Origin: a bacterium | GTDB taxonomy: Bacteria; SZUA-182; DTGQ01; JAFGSM01 | Assembly (NCBI GenBank): GCA_049472355.1 | Contig: JBLIRP010000027.1 | Coordinates: 1-27,883, forward strand | Reading direction: 5' to 3' | DNA length: 27,883 nt | Part shown: positions 7,695-16,415 of the stretch, in pieces | How the letters are laid out: every line of letters begins with the position of its first letter | Position numbering within the stretch: the first letter of the stretch is position 1 | The notes under the pieces: generated by a model | Database searches by the model: none | What the model was told of the DNA's origin: nothing | The model's input: the letters and a program-made list of their open reading frames with translations, nothing else | Position numbers and translations under genes: made by a program

Positions 7695-8591
7695 GGAATG
7701 ACCACGCCTCCTTCACTCAATGAAGTGCGGCACGCACCTTGACTGCACCGGATCGATGGCTTCATAGGAGGGCCATGCCCCCTTCGCAGCCCCGGCCATC
7801 ACCAATACCCTTGCTCCCCCGGGAAACGGCACCGCTATCCCCCGAAAGACCATTGCCTTCCGGATTCAGGTGATGCATTTGCACATACGGAATGGCACGC
7901 CGGGCCATGCCGGTCCGGCCGGACCTGCGGCGGGCCATAGAGGTCTTCCGGGCGATCCCTGTATGTACAAGCACGGACATTACCTCCGGATGATGCATAC
8001 GTATGCCGATGAAAACGAGTACTCTTATCACTTATATCGGCAATTGGCGCCGTCCGGCTTCCATGCCCCAGACAGGGAATCGGGCAAAAATCACGCCTTG
8101 ATTCATCTTAAAAATCACCCGTGAATAGCCATTTCGCCCCCTGATAAATAAACCAAAACTGCCAACGACATCGGATTTATTAAGGTGTTTCCCTTGCGCA
8201 GCAAGTATCTTTAGTCAGGTAATTTCTTATAGTCCCTTCAATCTCTGGGTCAACTGCAACGATATCTCATAAATATGATTCCTGGATGAACCCTAAAATG
8301 TCATTTTATATTTCATTAGGTAAGGGTTGATCGAATATAAATGATAGATTATAGTATACTTATAACATGACTAAGACTGATATAAGAACATTTGAAATAA
8401 TTGTTCGAGTGCTCGTCCATCGCGGTAGACCGCATAATATGTTCAGACCTATAGTTTGATATACACCAAAAGATAAATTTGATTACTAAGACATTATCAC
8501 AAAATAGTTGCCAGAGTTCGCTCAGGGGAATAGGGGGGAGTGACGGATTTATTAAGCGCGGATTGTAAATAGCTTTGTGCCTAAGTCTATC

Positions 8592-9593
8592 TTAATGGAG
8601 AACCGATAACCCGTGGAATTTTATGCCCACAGCATAGAGGGAAGGCCGGCTGAAGACTGGCAACGGCTTGAGGAGCACCTCATTGGCACCGCTGAACTCG
8701 CCGCTGCATTTGCCGCCGAATTCGGATGCGCGCAATGGGGCCGATTGGCGGGTCTGTGGCATGATGTCAACGGTCTTTTTAAGTGAGCCATTTTCGGTCG
8801 TGAAAAGTGAGCCACCTGGTACTTCATTTTGGCTCATTTCCGTCCCTTCCTTTCCGACTTTTTCACAAAGCCTGTAGCTGTTGCCCCGGATGTTGATGAT
8901 AATGCTGTGGTGCAGCAAACGGTCCAGGAAAGCCGTTACGATGACCGGGTCATGAAACAATTCGGTCCAATCGGAGAATGCCTTGTTGGATGTGATAACG
9001 GTGCTTGCTTTCTCATAGCGATTGGCAATGAACCTGAAAAAGAGATTGCACTCCTCCCGGCCTATTGGCGTGTAGCCAACCTCGTCCACAATCACCAGCG
9101 CCGATTTATTGTAGCCTCTGCCCCTGCCTTTTCGCTCAGTTCCATGATCCTTTTTCAACTTTCCGATAAGGTCCTCCATGGTGGTAAAATAGATACTCAT
9201 ACCGGCTTGGCACGCCTTCAGGGCAAGTGATACTGCCAGGTGAGTCTTCCCTACCCCGGGCGGGCCCAGAAAAATCACATTGCCTTTTGGCCTGATAAAG
9301 GTAAGATCAAACAGGGACATCACCTTTTGGCGATCCAGCTTGGGTTGAAAGGTAAAGTCAAACTCCTCAATACCCTTGATAAAGGGGAGCCCCGATATCT
9401 TTAATGATGTTTCAACGCGCCGCTGTTCCCGGCAGGCTATCTCTTCTTCCAGGAGCTCATCAAGAAAGCCCAGATAGCTTTTCCCCTTCTCCTGTGCCGC
9501 CTGCATCACGCCTTCAAGGATTTCACCCATCCGGGGGAGCCTCAGCCGTGCCAGGCTGGTCTGAATACGATCGAGAACCAGGGCATCACTCAT
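8592..9593 (-). CDS. istB: IS21 helper ATPase IstB (ORF reads through the IS end into flanking DNA)
   Basis: LGPPGVGKTHLA, VIVDEVGY, ITSNKAFSDW, AFLDRLLHH, GNSYRL. The last ~57 codons lie outside the element. Confidence 0.9.
   Translation of the reverse strand: MSDALVLDRIQTSLARLRLPRMGEILEGVMQAAQEKGKSYLGFLDELLEEEIACREQRRVETSLKISGLPFIKGIEEFDFTFQPKLDRQKVMSLFDLTFIRPKGNVIFLGPPGVGKTHLAVSLALKACQAGMSIYFTTMEDLIGKLKKDHGTERKGRGRGYNKSALVIVDEVGYTPIGREECNLFFRFIANRYEKASTVITSNKAFSDWTELFHDPVIVTAFLDRLLHHSIIINIRGNSYRLCEKVGKEGTEMSQNEVPGGSLFTTENGSLKKTVDIMPQTRQSAPLRASEFGGKCSGEFSGANEVLLKPLPVFSRPSLYAVGIKFHGLSVLH
8613..8765 (+). pseudogene. cas3: 5' fragment of type I-C cas3 (HD nuclease domain), truncated by IS21
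   Basis: GTG start gives MEFYAHSIEGRPAEDWQRLEEHLIGTAELAAAFAAEFGCAQWGRLAGLWHD, the typical Cas3 HD N-terminus (YAHS...EHL...AGLWHD). It is cut at the HD motif by the IS end TGTCAA, and the frame stops at 8786 inside the IS. Confidence 0.88.
8765..8817. repeat. IS21 terminal inverted repeat (IRR)
   Basis: TGTCAACGGTCTTTTTAAGTGAGCCATTTTCGGTCGTGAAAAGTGAGCCACCT. Confidence 0.85.
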
Positions 9594-10866
9594 ATCCGCA
9601 CCTCCCCCACTGCATGATCATAGATATACGAAGGCCTGATCTCGACATCCATATCATAGAGCGGTTTCACCGGGCTGATCGTGCATTTTGCGCGACCCTT
9701 GCAGCGTCTGCCCTGGCCGTATTTGAGCCGGTTCATCTCGCGATCCTTTCTGAGCGATTCATAGAATCGTGTATCCTGAACCAGGTGCCCTTTGCCTTCA
9801 GGAATCTCATAGGTCACCACCAAACGATCATCATTGAAGATCCTCATGACCTTTTCCTTAACCCGCAGAAGAAGATCCTTCCCCACGAGGGTATGGGAGA
9901 CCACATAGCTGTTGCCTTCAAAACGAACGGTGCAGTCCTTGCACACCGTGCGATAAACTCGCTAGGACGTGTCAAATGCCAGGGAAGGCAGCGCCTGTAA
10001 CCGCGATCGCTCTCGCTCGTATCGGTGCAGCACCACTTCGTGGGTTGTCCCGTGAATCCGGTTGTCTTTGAGCTGAAGCCATTGAAGCAGATCTCGATTA
10101 GCCGTCTCACGGCAGACAAATCCGTATCCCCGCCAAAACCCTTCCCGGATAAAGTGATAGGGCCGCTCAATCTTCCCCTTCACCCAGGCGGCATAGGCAG
10201 GGGCAACCTGTGGCTTAAAACCATAATGCAATGCAAATCCCTTCAGTGTATCGTTGAACGTGTCCTTGACGGCTATCCTTCTGATATAGACGTTTTTCAT
10301 CCGGTCATAGAGGATCTCCTCGGTCACGCCGCCGAAATAGTCGAAGGCACGGATATGGCAATCAAGAAAAGTCGGCATATCACACCGATGAACAAACTCC
10401 GCGTAGATCCGCCGGGAATAGCCCAGAATCATCGAAAAAAGATACAGTTTCAGTATGCTGCCATCGGCGTTCTCAACCTGGAATTCCCCAAAATCCACCT
10501 GCGACTGAAATCCCGGTTCCGTCTCAAAACGCATGTACGCAACCCGCTGCCGCTCATCTTTGATAGCATGAACCGCCCTCTTTACAATCTCGTAGCTGCC
10601 GGAAAAACCCATCGGCTGAAGACGATCGTATATCCAGGTGGCCTTATACTGCATATCTTCCTGAAGCCACGCTGCAATGTTGCCCTGGTACGGATCCAGC
10701 AAGCTCTTCCTGTCTATTTTAGTCCGATCATGCTCTGGATATCCCCCATGCTCAAGGTACTTCTTTACCGTATTGCGGCTTATACCCATCTTCTTTGCGA
10801 TCTGCCGCTGGGTCAATCCCTTTCTCTGCATCACCACTATGTCCAAAACGGTCTCCTTTTTTTCAT
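9590..10866 (-). pseudogene. istA: IS21 transposase IstA, interrupted
   Basis: HTH (RQIAKKMGISRNTVKKYL), RFETEPGFQSQVDFG, YDRMK, KGKIER. An in-frame TAG at 9962-9964 splits ORFs 9962-10846 and 9590-9946, which are in the same frame. The RBS-preceded ATG at 10866 is out of frame across an A7 run. Confidence 0.88.
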
Positions 10867-10939
10867 CCTATCCACCTTGTTTAGACTGAGATAAAAAATC
10901 ATAGTATAATTCTTTTTCTCAGTAACTCCACCTCCCAAA

Positions 10940-10992
10940 GTGGCTCAATTCCTCACGACCATTTTTGGCTCAGTTTATCACGACCACTTACA
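10940..10992. repeat. IS21 terminal inverted repeat (IRL)
   Basis: Reverse complement TGTAAGTGGTCGTGATAAACTGAGCCAAAAATGGTCGTGAGGAATTGAGCCAC aligns with the other end. Confidence 0.85.
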
Positions 10993-11155
10993 CCCCCGCG
11001 CGGGGGCGTGGATTGAAACACTACAACGTATGCGGAAAAAGCCTGTATCAATTCGCGTCGCCCCCCGCGCGGGGGCGTGGATTGAAACGTTGACACGCGG
11101 ATAGTATTATAGAGTTCAAACAATCGCCACCGAACGGGATCATTGGTTAAAAAAC
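10993..11155 (+). CRISPR. Trailer-end remnant of a type I-C CRISPR array (truncated repeat, full repeat, degenerate terminal repeat, 2 spacers)
   Basis: Full 32-nt repeat GTCGCCCCCCGCGCGGGGGCGTGGATTGAAAC at 11057-11088. The same repeat lacking its first 5 nt at 10993-11019 abuts the IS. Spacers are 11020-11056 (37 nt) and 11089-11122 (34 nt). A degenerate repeat ATCGCCACCGAACGGGATCATTGGTTAAAAAAC follows at 11123-11155. Confidence 0.88.
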
Positions 11156-11161
11156 GGGACC

Positions 11162-11482
11162 ATGATCCTTTTCACCGAAACTAAAAACACGGCGATCACA
11201 GGCGATCTGAACCTGCTCAAACCCAAACCTCGGGCATTGGTGGATGACTTCATGAAAAGGCGATCACTGCCGGACGATTCCGATCAGGATTTCATCCACG
11301 CCATGAAGGAGGTCCTTTCCGGTCTCACCAAGTTCTCAGTAAAGATCGCTGACCTGCGTACAGCGCTCCTCTCCGGTGGATCACCAGCCACTCCGGCTGA
11401 GATGAAAAAGCGGTTCGAGGAATATCTGGCTTGGATTATCAGGGGCAAAGAGCCTGGCAAGGTCCGGATTGTATTGGAGTAA
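11162..11482 (+). pseudogene. 3' remnant of a DUF6079-like (BREX-associated BrxC/PglY-type ATPase) gene
   Basis: The C-terminus ...[41 protein letters not shown]...[12 protein letters not shown] matches, from recall, the end of these large proteins. Only about 100 aa are present. Confidence 0.65.
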
Positions 11483-11488
11483 GCCATG
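11445..11488 (+). repeat. 44-bp imperfect direct repeat, copy 1
   Basis: GCAAAGAGCCTGGCAAGGTCCGGATTGTATTGGAGTAAGCCATG, 39/44 identical to 12987-13030, with the last 21 nt identical. Confidence 0.9.
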
Positions 11489-11544
11489 AAAACACACGAA
11501 TATGCCATCATGATACCAAAGGGCGACGACCTGTCAAAACACGA

Positions 11545-12951
11545 ATGAAACAGAACAATTACGTCATGACAGCCGAACAGGTGAAGCTCCTCATTCGCTA
11601 AGGCGAAGGGCTTACCGTTGAGTTCAAGGAGCGATACACGCCCCGCATTGATGAAGACATTGTGGCCTTTGCCAATGCAAAGGGTGGAACACTCCTTCTG
11701 GGTGTGCAGGATGACGGGAGAATCAATGGCGAGAATCTCACCAACGACATGAAAGCCAAAATCAACAGCCTGGCCAGAAACTGTAAACCCTCTATTCCCT
11801 TGCATCTTTCTCAGATCGACAAGGTCGTGGCCGTTGTCGTTCCGGAGGGCACGGAGAAACCCTATTCATGCAGCTCCGGCTACTATCGGCGCCTCGATGG
11901 AACTACTCAGAAGGTGAGCCACGACGAGCTGCGCATCATGTTCGCCGAGAACGAACCCCTGCCATTTGAGGAAAAAACGGTCAAAGGTTTTACCTTCGAC
12001 GATATTTCGAGGGGCAAGATCAGCGCATTTGCCAAGGAAGCAGGAATCCGCATTGGTTCCATCGCTATGCCTGACTTCCTTCGCAGCCTGAAGGTTGCAG
12101 ACGAAAGCCAGGTCAAAAATGCGGGCATCCTCTTTTTCGCCAAAGAGGTATATCAACATTTGCACCAGGCACAAATGACGCTTTTGGCCTTCAAAGGAAC
12201 GGACAGACTCCACATATACGACCGCCATGATGTACGGGACGATCTGCTTACCCAGTTCAACGAGGCTGTCGCCTTCCTAAAAAAGCATCTGAATCTCCGC
12301 AGTGAAATTCGAGGCCTGAACCGCGAGGACATCTACGAAATCCCAATCGAAGTCCTCAGAGAGGCGATGGTTAATGCGCTTATGCACCGAGATTATAGCA
12401 TCACCGGCACCCAGGTCAGCGTAGAGGTCTTTGACGACCGGGTGGAAATCATTAATCCGGGAGGTTTACCCAAAGGTCTGTCCATTCAAGATCTCGGCAG
12501 GGTTTCCATCAGGCGCAACGAACTGATTGCGGACCTATTCTTCCGTCTCCACAAGGTCGAGCGGATCGGCATGGGTATTCTGAAAATGAAATAGGTTATG
12601 ATAGCCGCCGGACTCCGTGAGCCTATTTTTGAGCCCGATGGTTTCTTCAGTGCAATATTCCACCGTTCCCCTGAGCTTGCCATGAAGGAAGCAAAGCACG
12701 GCATCGTGGCCGATGGAAAACAGGGCAAAGCTAAAACTGCCCAGAAAACTACCCAGAAAACTACCCAGAAAATAATTGCCATGATTCAGAGAAACCCGGA
12801 AATAACACGTCAGGAACTGGCAGCAGAACTTGGGATTACGGACAGCGGGGTTAAATATCATTTGAAGAAGATGCAGGATAAGGGCCTACTCTGTCGTGTC
12901 GGACCGGATAAGGGGGGGTATTGGAAGGTAGTCCGGCAGGATACGGAATAG
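11545..12951 (+). pseudogene. AlbA_2 (Schlafen-like) + HATPase_c_4 + wHTH protein with two in-frame stops
   Basis: MTAEQVKLLIR*GEGLTVEFKE...IVAFANAKGGTLLLGV, REAMVNALMHRDYS, NPGGLP, ERIGMGI, LKMK*VMIAAGL, and a C-terminal HTH ending VGPDKGGYW. Stops are TAA 11599-11601 and TAG 12592-12594. Confidence 0.85.
12733..12772 (+). repeat. 12-bp coding tandem repeat (AAAACTRCCCAG x3)
   Basis: Encodes KTAQ-KTTQ-KTTQ-K in the linker before the HTH. Confidence 0.85.
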
Positions 12952-12986
12952 ACGCCATGGCCTTTTTCACTGCGCGAGAAGCTGAA

Positions 12987-13030
12987 GCAAAGAGCCAGGC
13001 AAGATACATATTGTATTGGAGTAAGCCATG
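12987..13030 (+). repeat. 44-bp imperfect direct repeat, copy 2
   Basis: GCAAAGAGCCAGGCAAGATACATATTGTATTGGAGTAAGCCATG (KEPGKIHIVLE* plus ATG). Confidence 0.9.
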
Positions 13031-13117
13031 GGAAAAATGGGATCAAAACGCCATTAACAGGATCATAAATGGCTATTATCTGATGCGAGAATATATTGTT
13101 TTTTGGAGAATCTCCGG

Positions 13118-13402
13118 ATGAAATTCATTCACTCCGCAGACCGGCGGATCGGAATGATGGCCGATTTTGTCGGCCAGGCCGGGCAAAAGGGTCCGGGATG
13201 AGCGCTTGGCGGCAGGCAGGCGACTGGTCGATGCTGCAAACAGTGAAGGGGCAGAATTCATCCTGATTGCCGGGGACCTTTGCGAGACAATGCCGTTGAC
13301 CGGACTTTGATACAGAAAACCGTAAACATCATTAGCCGGTTTCACAGTCCGGTGTACCTTATTCCGGGTAATCACGATCCCTTGGTTACCAACGGTGTGT
13401 AA
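13118..13402 (+). pseudogene. SbcD/Mre11-like metallophosphoesterase nuclease, frameshifted 5' fragment
   Basis: GGAG RBS. Pieces across frames read MKFIHSADRRIGM.., RDERLAAGRRLV..AEFILIAGDL, NAVDRTLIQKT..PVYLIPGNHDPL, covering motifs I, II and III (GNHD), then TAA. Confidence 0.8.
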
Positions 13403-13570
13403 TGTTAAGGGAAACTGAAAATATGTCTCAAAGAGAAAGAAATAATATAGCCCGGAAAGGTTTATTCCCTTCAAAACAAAGAAACCTTTTTGAAGGGTCC
13501 TCATGTAATGAATTTCATTCTTCATTGGGATGCGTAGGTCACGGGTGTTTAAACGAAACGCGATTCAATT

Positions 13571-13599
13571 TTGACAACCTCTTTTAATCCCTTTATAGT
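13571..13599 (+). promoter_or_regulatory. sigma70-type promoter upstream of the TPR-J-GrpE-Hsp70 operon
   Basis: TTGACA-17 bp-TATAGT. Confidence 0.75.
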
Positions 13600-13829
13600 A
13601 ATGTCGTAATGACATGATAGTATTCAAGAGTGATGCTGCCTGCAGGATGATGATTGCCTATCTCAGGAGATCCCTTTTGACGAATGCGGCGGTAATGATT
13701 TACGCTCCAAAGAAAATCTTCCTTGGAATCATCCTTCATCCTTCCAAATCATTGTTACGTGATTTGGAGGAATCGGCCCGGCCCGCCGGGTGTTTCGCTG
13801 ATCAATTATATAAATCGCATTGAAGTCCA

Positions 13830-16325
13830 ATGGGCAAGAAGAAACGTGACAAGGCCCGCAAAAAGGCCAAAAAGATCCACCTTGCCGATATCCCCCCGGA
13901 GGGGCTCCGGAAAAATGCGGCGTTATATCTGGAGAGGGGTCAATACAAGAAGGCCATTGAAAACTATAAGGCCATCCTCTCCAGCCACGGGAATCATGAA
14001 GATGTTCTGGACAAACTGCACATGGCCTACGCCGGTCGCCTCAGGGAGCTGGCCGGCAAGGGGATGCATCGCGAGGCAGCCGAACTCTGGGAGCACATCG
14101 CGAAGGTGTACCATTACGTGCAGGACCTTCCCTTTTATATTGAGCGTCTCATCCAGGCAGGTGATTACCCGAAGGCCGTTCGGACCTTGTATCAGAATCA
14201 GGAAAAAATCAATGATTCCAAATGGTTTCAAAGGCAGGAATCCGTCCTGGCCCTGTTTGTCCTGGCCGGTGTCCCGGACATCGGTGATTTGATCCCCGAC
14301 GAATCCCTGATTCTGCGGCAGAGGTCGCTGGTCCAAAAGGCGCTGGAGGCGCTGTATAAGGGTGATGAGGACCGGGCATCCGAGATGATCCGTCCGGTTG
14401 GAATGAATTCTCCATACAAGGACTGGAAGCTCCTCATCAAGGGGCTTGTCGCCTTCTATGCTCACCGGGATGAGGAGGCACTGGATATCTTCCGGCGAAT
14501 CCCCGATGATTCGCCCTTAACCCGGATCGTCAATCCCTTGCGCTTCGTTCTGGAACCATCAAACGCCGCCATGCCGAAGGGGACCGGGCCTTTTCCCCGC
14601 CAGGAGGAGATCTCCTTATTGAAGGAGGTCCTGGGAGACAGGGCCGGGTTCCTGTCCCTGCAATGGCACCTGGCGACGGCGGAGGACGGCCGGAATGCCA
14701 GGGATGCGGTCGGGATCTTAAAAAGAATGGCCGATGATCTTCCTGCGGACTCGGACCAGGAGCTGTTAAGGCGCTACTGCGTCCATTTTCTCATGCGCTC
14801 AGGCAAAGAAGATTTTCTTCGGAAATATCGGTCCCTCTGGGGCAGCGCACCGGATCCCTTTGAAGGATCAAGGCTCCAGGCCCTCATGCAGGAGAGGGAG
14901 TGTGATTGGATCGAGGCCAACGGCTACTGGGATGACTGCATCGATCTGCTGAAAAAGGACCGGACCCGGCGGTATTTTCCCGACCGGCGGCAGGAGAACC
15001 TGGCCATTGCCCAGATTCTGAGGCATATGGCGGACAACATGAAAAAGGACCTGCATTCCGAAGATGCCCTTTTTGACCATATCTTCGGCGGTGATGCCGA
15101 GGATGAGGAAGATGAAGAAGATTTTATCTCGTATCTCTTGGAGAGTTTGAAATTCGATCCCGGGGATGTTCAGACCTACAGAAAGATCGTAGATTATTAC
15201 AAGGAATGCGGGGACAAGAAGAATGTCGCCAAATGGCTGGAGCGATTGATCCAGGTATGCCCGGGGGATATGGAGGCGGTGCTGGAGGCGGCAAGCCTGG
15301 CCTTTATGAGAAAGTCCTTCCAGAAATCCCTCCGTTTTCTGGAAAGGGCCTTACACCATGATCCGCTGAATGAAAAGGCGCGCAGGCTGAAGATCGCCAT
15401 TCACATTGTGTCCGCGCATCAGCGTTTCAGGCAGAAGAAATACAACCTGGCGCGCAGGGATTTTGAAAGGGCCGGTTCGATCATCACGTCGCAGAGCAAA
15501 AACGGGCGATTCGAGATCATCCGTGGCATAGGAGAAATGGCCATGGGTGATGAGAAAAGGGGGCGGGATCTCATTGAACGCGGGTTGACACTGCAAGGGG
15601 ATAATCCGTGCCGTTATTTCCGTATCCCCATCGAGGGGAGTATCTGGGAGGTCCCGGAAGACAAAATCGCACCCTATCATGAATGCCTCCGGACGATGCT
15701 GCAGGGGCAACCGACCATCGAGCAGGTCGGGCAACTGCTGGACATCGCCTTTTCCTGTTTCCTGACCTATATGGAGATTCCCATCCATACCCGGCGGAAA
15801 ATGGGGATCATCGGGCCTTACTTGGACAGGGCCTTACGCCGATGCATGTTTTCGGAAGAAGACCTCCAGGATATATGTCATTTTCTGGCCATTGTCCACC
15901 TGCATCCCCTTTTGGTCCGGTATGCCGGAGAAGGGAAAAGGCGGTACCCGGAAAATCGGAGGTTTCGCTTTTACAGCCTCATCGGCAGGCACAGGGGAAT
16001 GCCCTGCCCGGAGGATGATGAGGGGTGTGACCTGATCGAGGAATTGGACATAAGAAGCGCGAAGCCGAAGGAGAGGAGAATGGTTTTCGAAATCGATCAA
16101 TTTATGCAGGGCCGGCATCCCCTGTATTCCTTGACGCTTGAAGAAATAGGCCGTTTGAGCATGTCCGGGGAGCTGACGTCTGACAAGGGGGGCATACTGC
16201 CGGCATCTCAACAGGCCGATGACAAAGGGGTTATATCGCCGGGACCTCACCCGTCCGCTGGTTCTCAATCCGGGCCCCAAAAGGGATCCAGGCAGTTGTC
16301 CCTATTCAGGGAGATGGATGAATGA
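13830..16325 (+). CDS. Large TPR/helical-repeat protein
   Basis: 831 aa with TPR-like segments (LERGQYKKAIENYK; LKFDPGDVQTY; FLERALHHDPLNEKA), an acidic patch and a low-complexity tail ending QLSLF. Confidence 0.85.
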   Translation: MGKKKRDKARKKAKKIHLADIPPEGLRKNAALYLERGQYKKAIENYKAILSSHGNHEDVLDKLHMAYAGRLRELAGKGMHREAAELWEHIAKVYHYVQDLPFYIERLIQAGDYPKAVRTLYQNQEKINDSKWFQRQESVLALFVLAGVPDIGDLIPDESLILRQRSLVQKALEALYKGDEDRASEMIRPVGMNSPYKDWKLLIKGLVAFYAHRDEEALDIFRRIPDDSPLTRIVNPLRFVLEPSNAAMPKGTGPFPRQEEISLLKEVLGDRAGFLSLQWHLATAEDGRNARDAVGILKRMADDLPADSDQELLRRYCVHFLMRSGKEDFLRKYRSLWGSAPDPFEGSRLQALMQERECDWIEANGYWDDCIDLLKKDRTRRYFPDRRQENLAIAQILRHMADNMKKDLHSEDALFDHIFGGDAEDEEDEEDFISYLLESLKFDPGDVQTYRKIVDYYKECGDKKNVAKWLERLIQVCPGDMEAVLEAASLAFMRKSFQKSLRFLERALHHDPLNEKARRLKIAIHIVSAHQRFRQKKYNLARRDFERAGSIITSQSKNGRFEIIRGIGEMAMGDEKRGRDLIERGLTLQGDNPCRYFRIPIEGSIWEVPEDKIAPYHECLRTMLQGQPTIEQVGQLLDIAFSCFLTYMEIPIHTRRKMGIIGPYLDRALRRCMFSEEDLQDICHFLAIVHLHPLLVRYAGEGKRRYPENRRFRFYSLIGRHRGMPCPEDDEGCDLIEELDIRSAKPKERRMVFEIDQFMQGRHPLYSLTLEEIGRLSMSGELTSDKGGILPASQQADDKGVISPGPHPSAGSQSGPQKGSRQLSLFREMDE

Positions 16326-16415
16326 GCATACCATATAGAGATGAATGAGCACACCCATATGGATATGAACATCCAAGAAAATTTCGATGCTCCACCTAGT
16401 TAAGGAGGGAGATGG

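Larger units (their letters stand above)
8765..10992 (-). mobile_element. IS21-family insertion sequence (2228 bp)
   Basis: TG...CA ends, imperfect terminal IRs with repeated GGTCGTGA/TGAGCCA boxes, and istA-istB with an ATGA overlap at 9590-9593. No target-site duplication is visible. Confidence 0.93.

Noticed and set aside
2279..7742. Plus-strand ORFs opposite the bEBP, PCAT and PPIase-like genes (and similar ones opposite later operons)
   Set aside because: Typical GC-rich antisense shadows that fully overlap well-supported genes.
7775..7873. 32-codon Pro-rich ORF after AGGAGG (MPPSQPRPSPIPLLPRETAPLSPERPLPSGFR)
   Set aside because: An RBS-like motif is the only support; the composition follows a local C-rich tract.
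7762..8124. ORFs 7762-8031 (-) and 7870-8124 (+) as peptide precursors
   Set aside because: No clear RBS, leader or family motif. The GG near the end of the minus ORF lacks a leader-like context.
8124..8590. AT-rich stretch as a CRISPR leader or gene
   Set aside because: It is upstream of cas3, not adjacent to the array, and I found no convincing ORF; left unassigned.
11090..11120. TTGACA in spacer 2 as a promoter
   Set aside because: The TATTAT and TATAGA hexamers lie only 9 and 12 bp away, not 16-18 bp.
9962..12594. In-frame TAG codons (9962, 12592) as pyrrolysine or amber recoding
   Set aside because: The same region also has an in-frame TAA and frameshifts, and intact genes here use TAG as a true stop (6630, 26545). 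Decay is the simpler explanation.
12733..12772. 12-bp tandem repeat as a regulatory or CRISPR-like array
   Set aside because: In-frame coding linker repeat with no spacers; common in this protein family.
12921..13823. ORFs 12921-13121, 13076-13525, 13402-13587 and 13614-13823
   Set aside because: They span repeat, pseudogene and promoter/UTR sequence and have no protein-like motifs.
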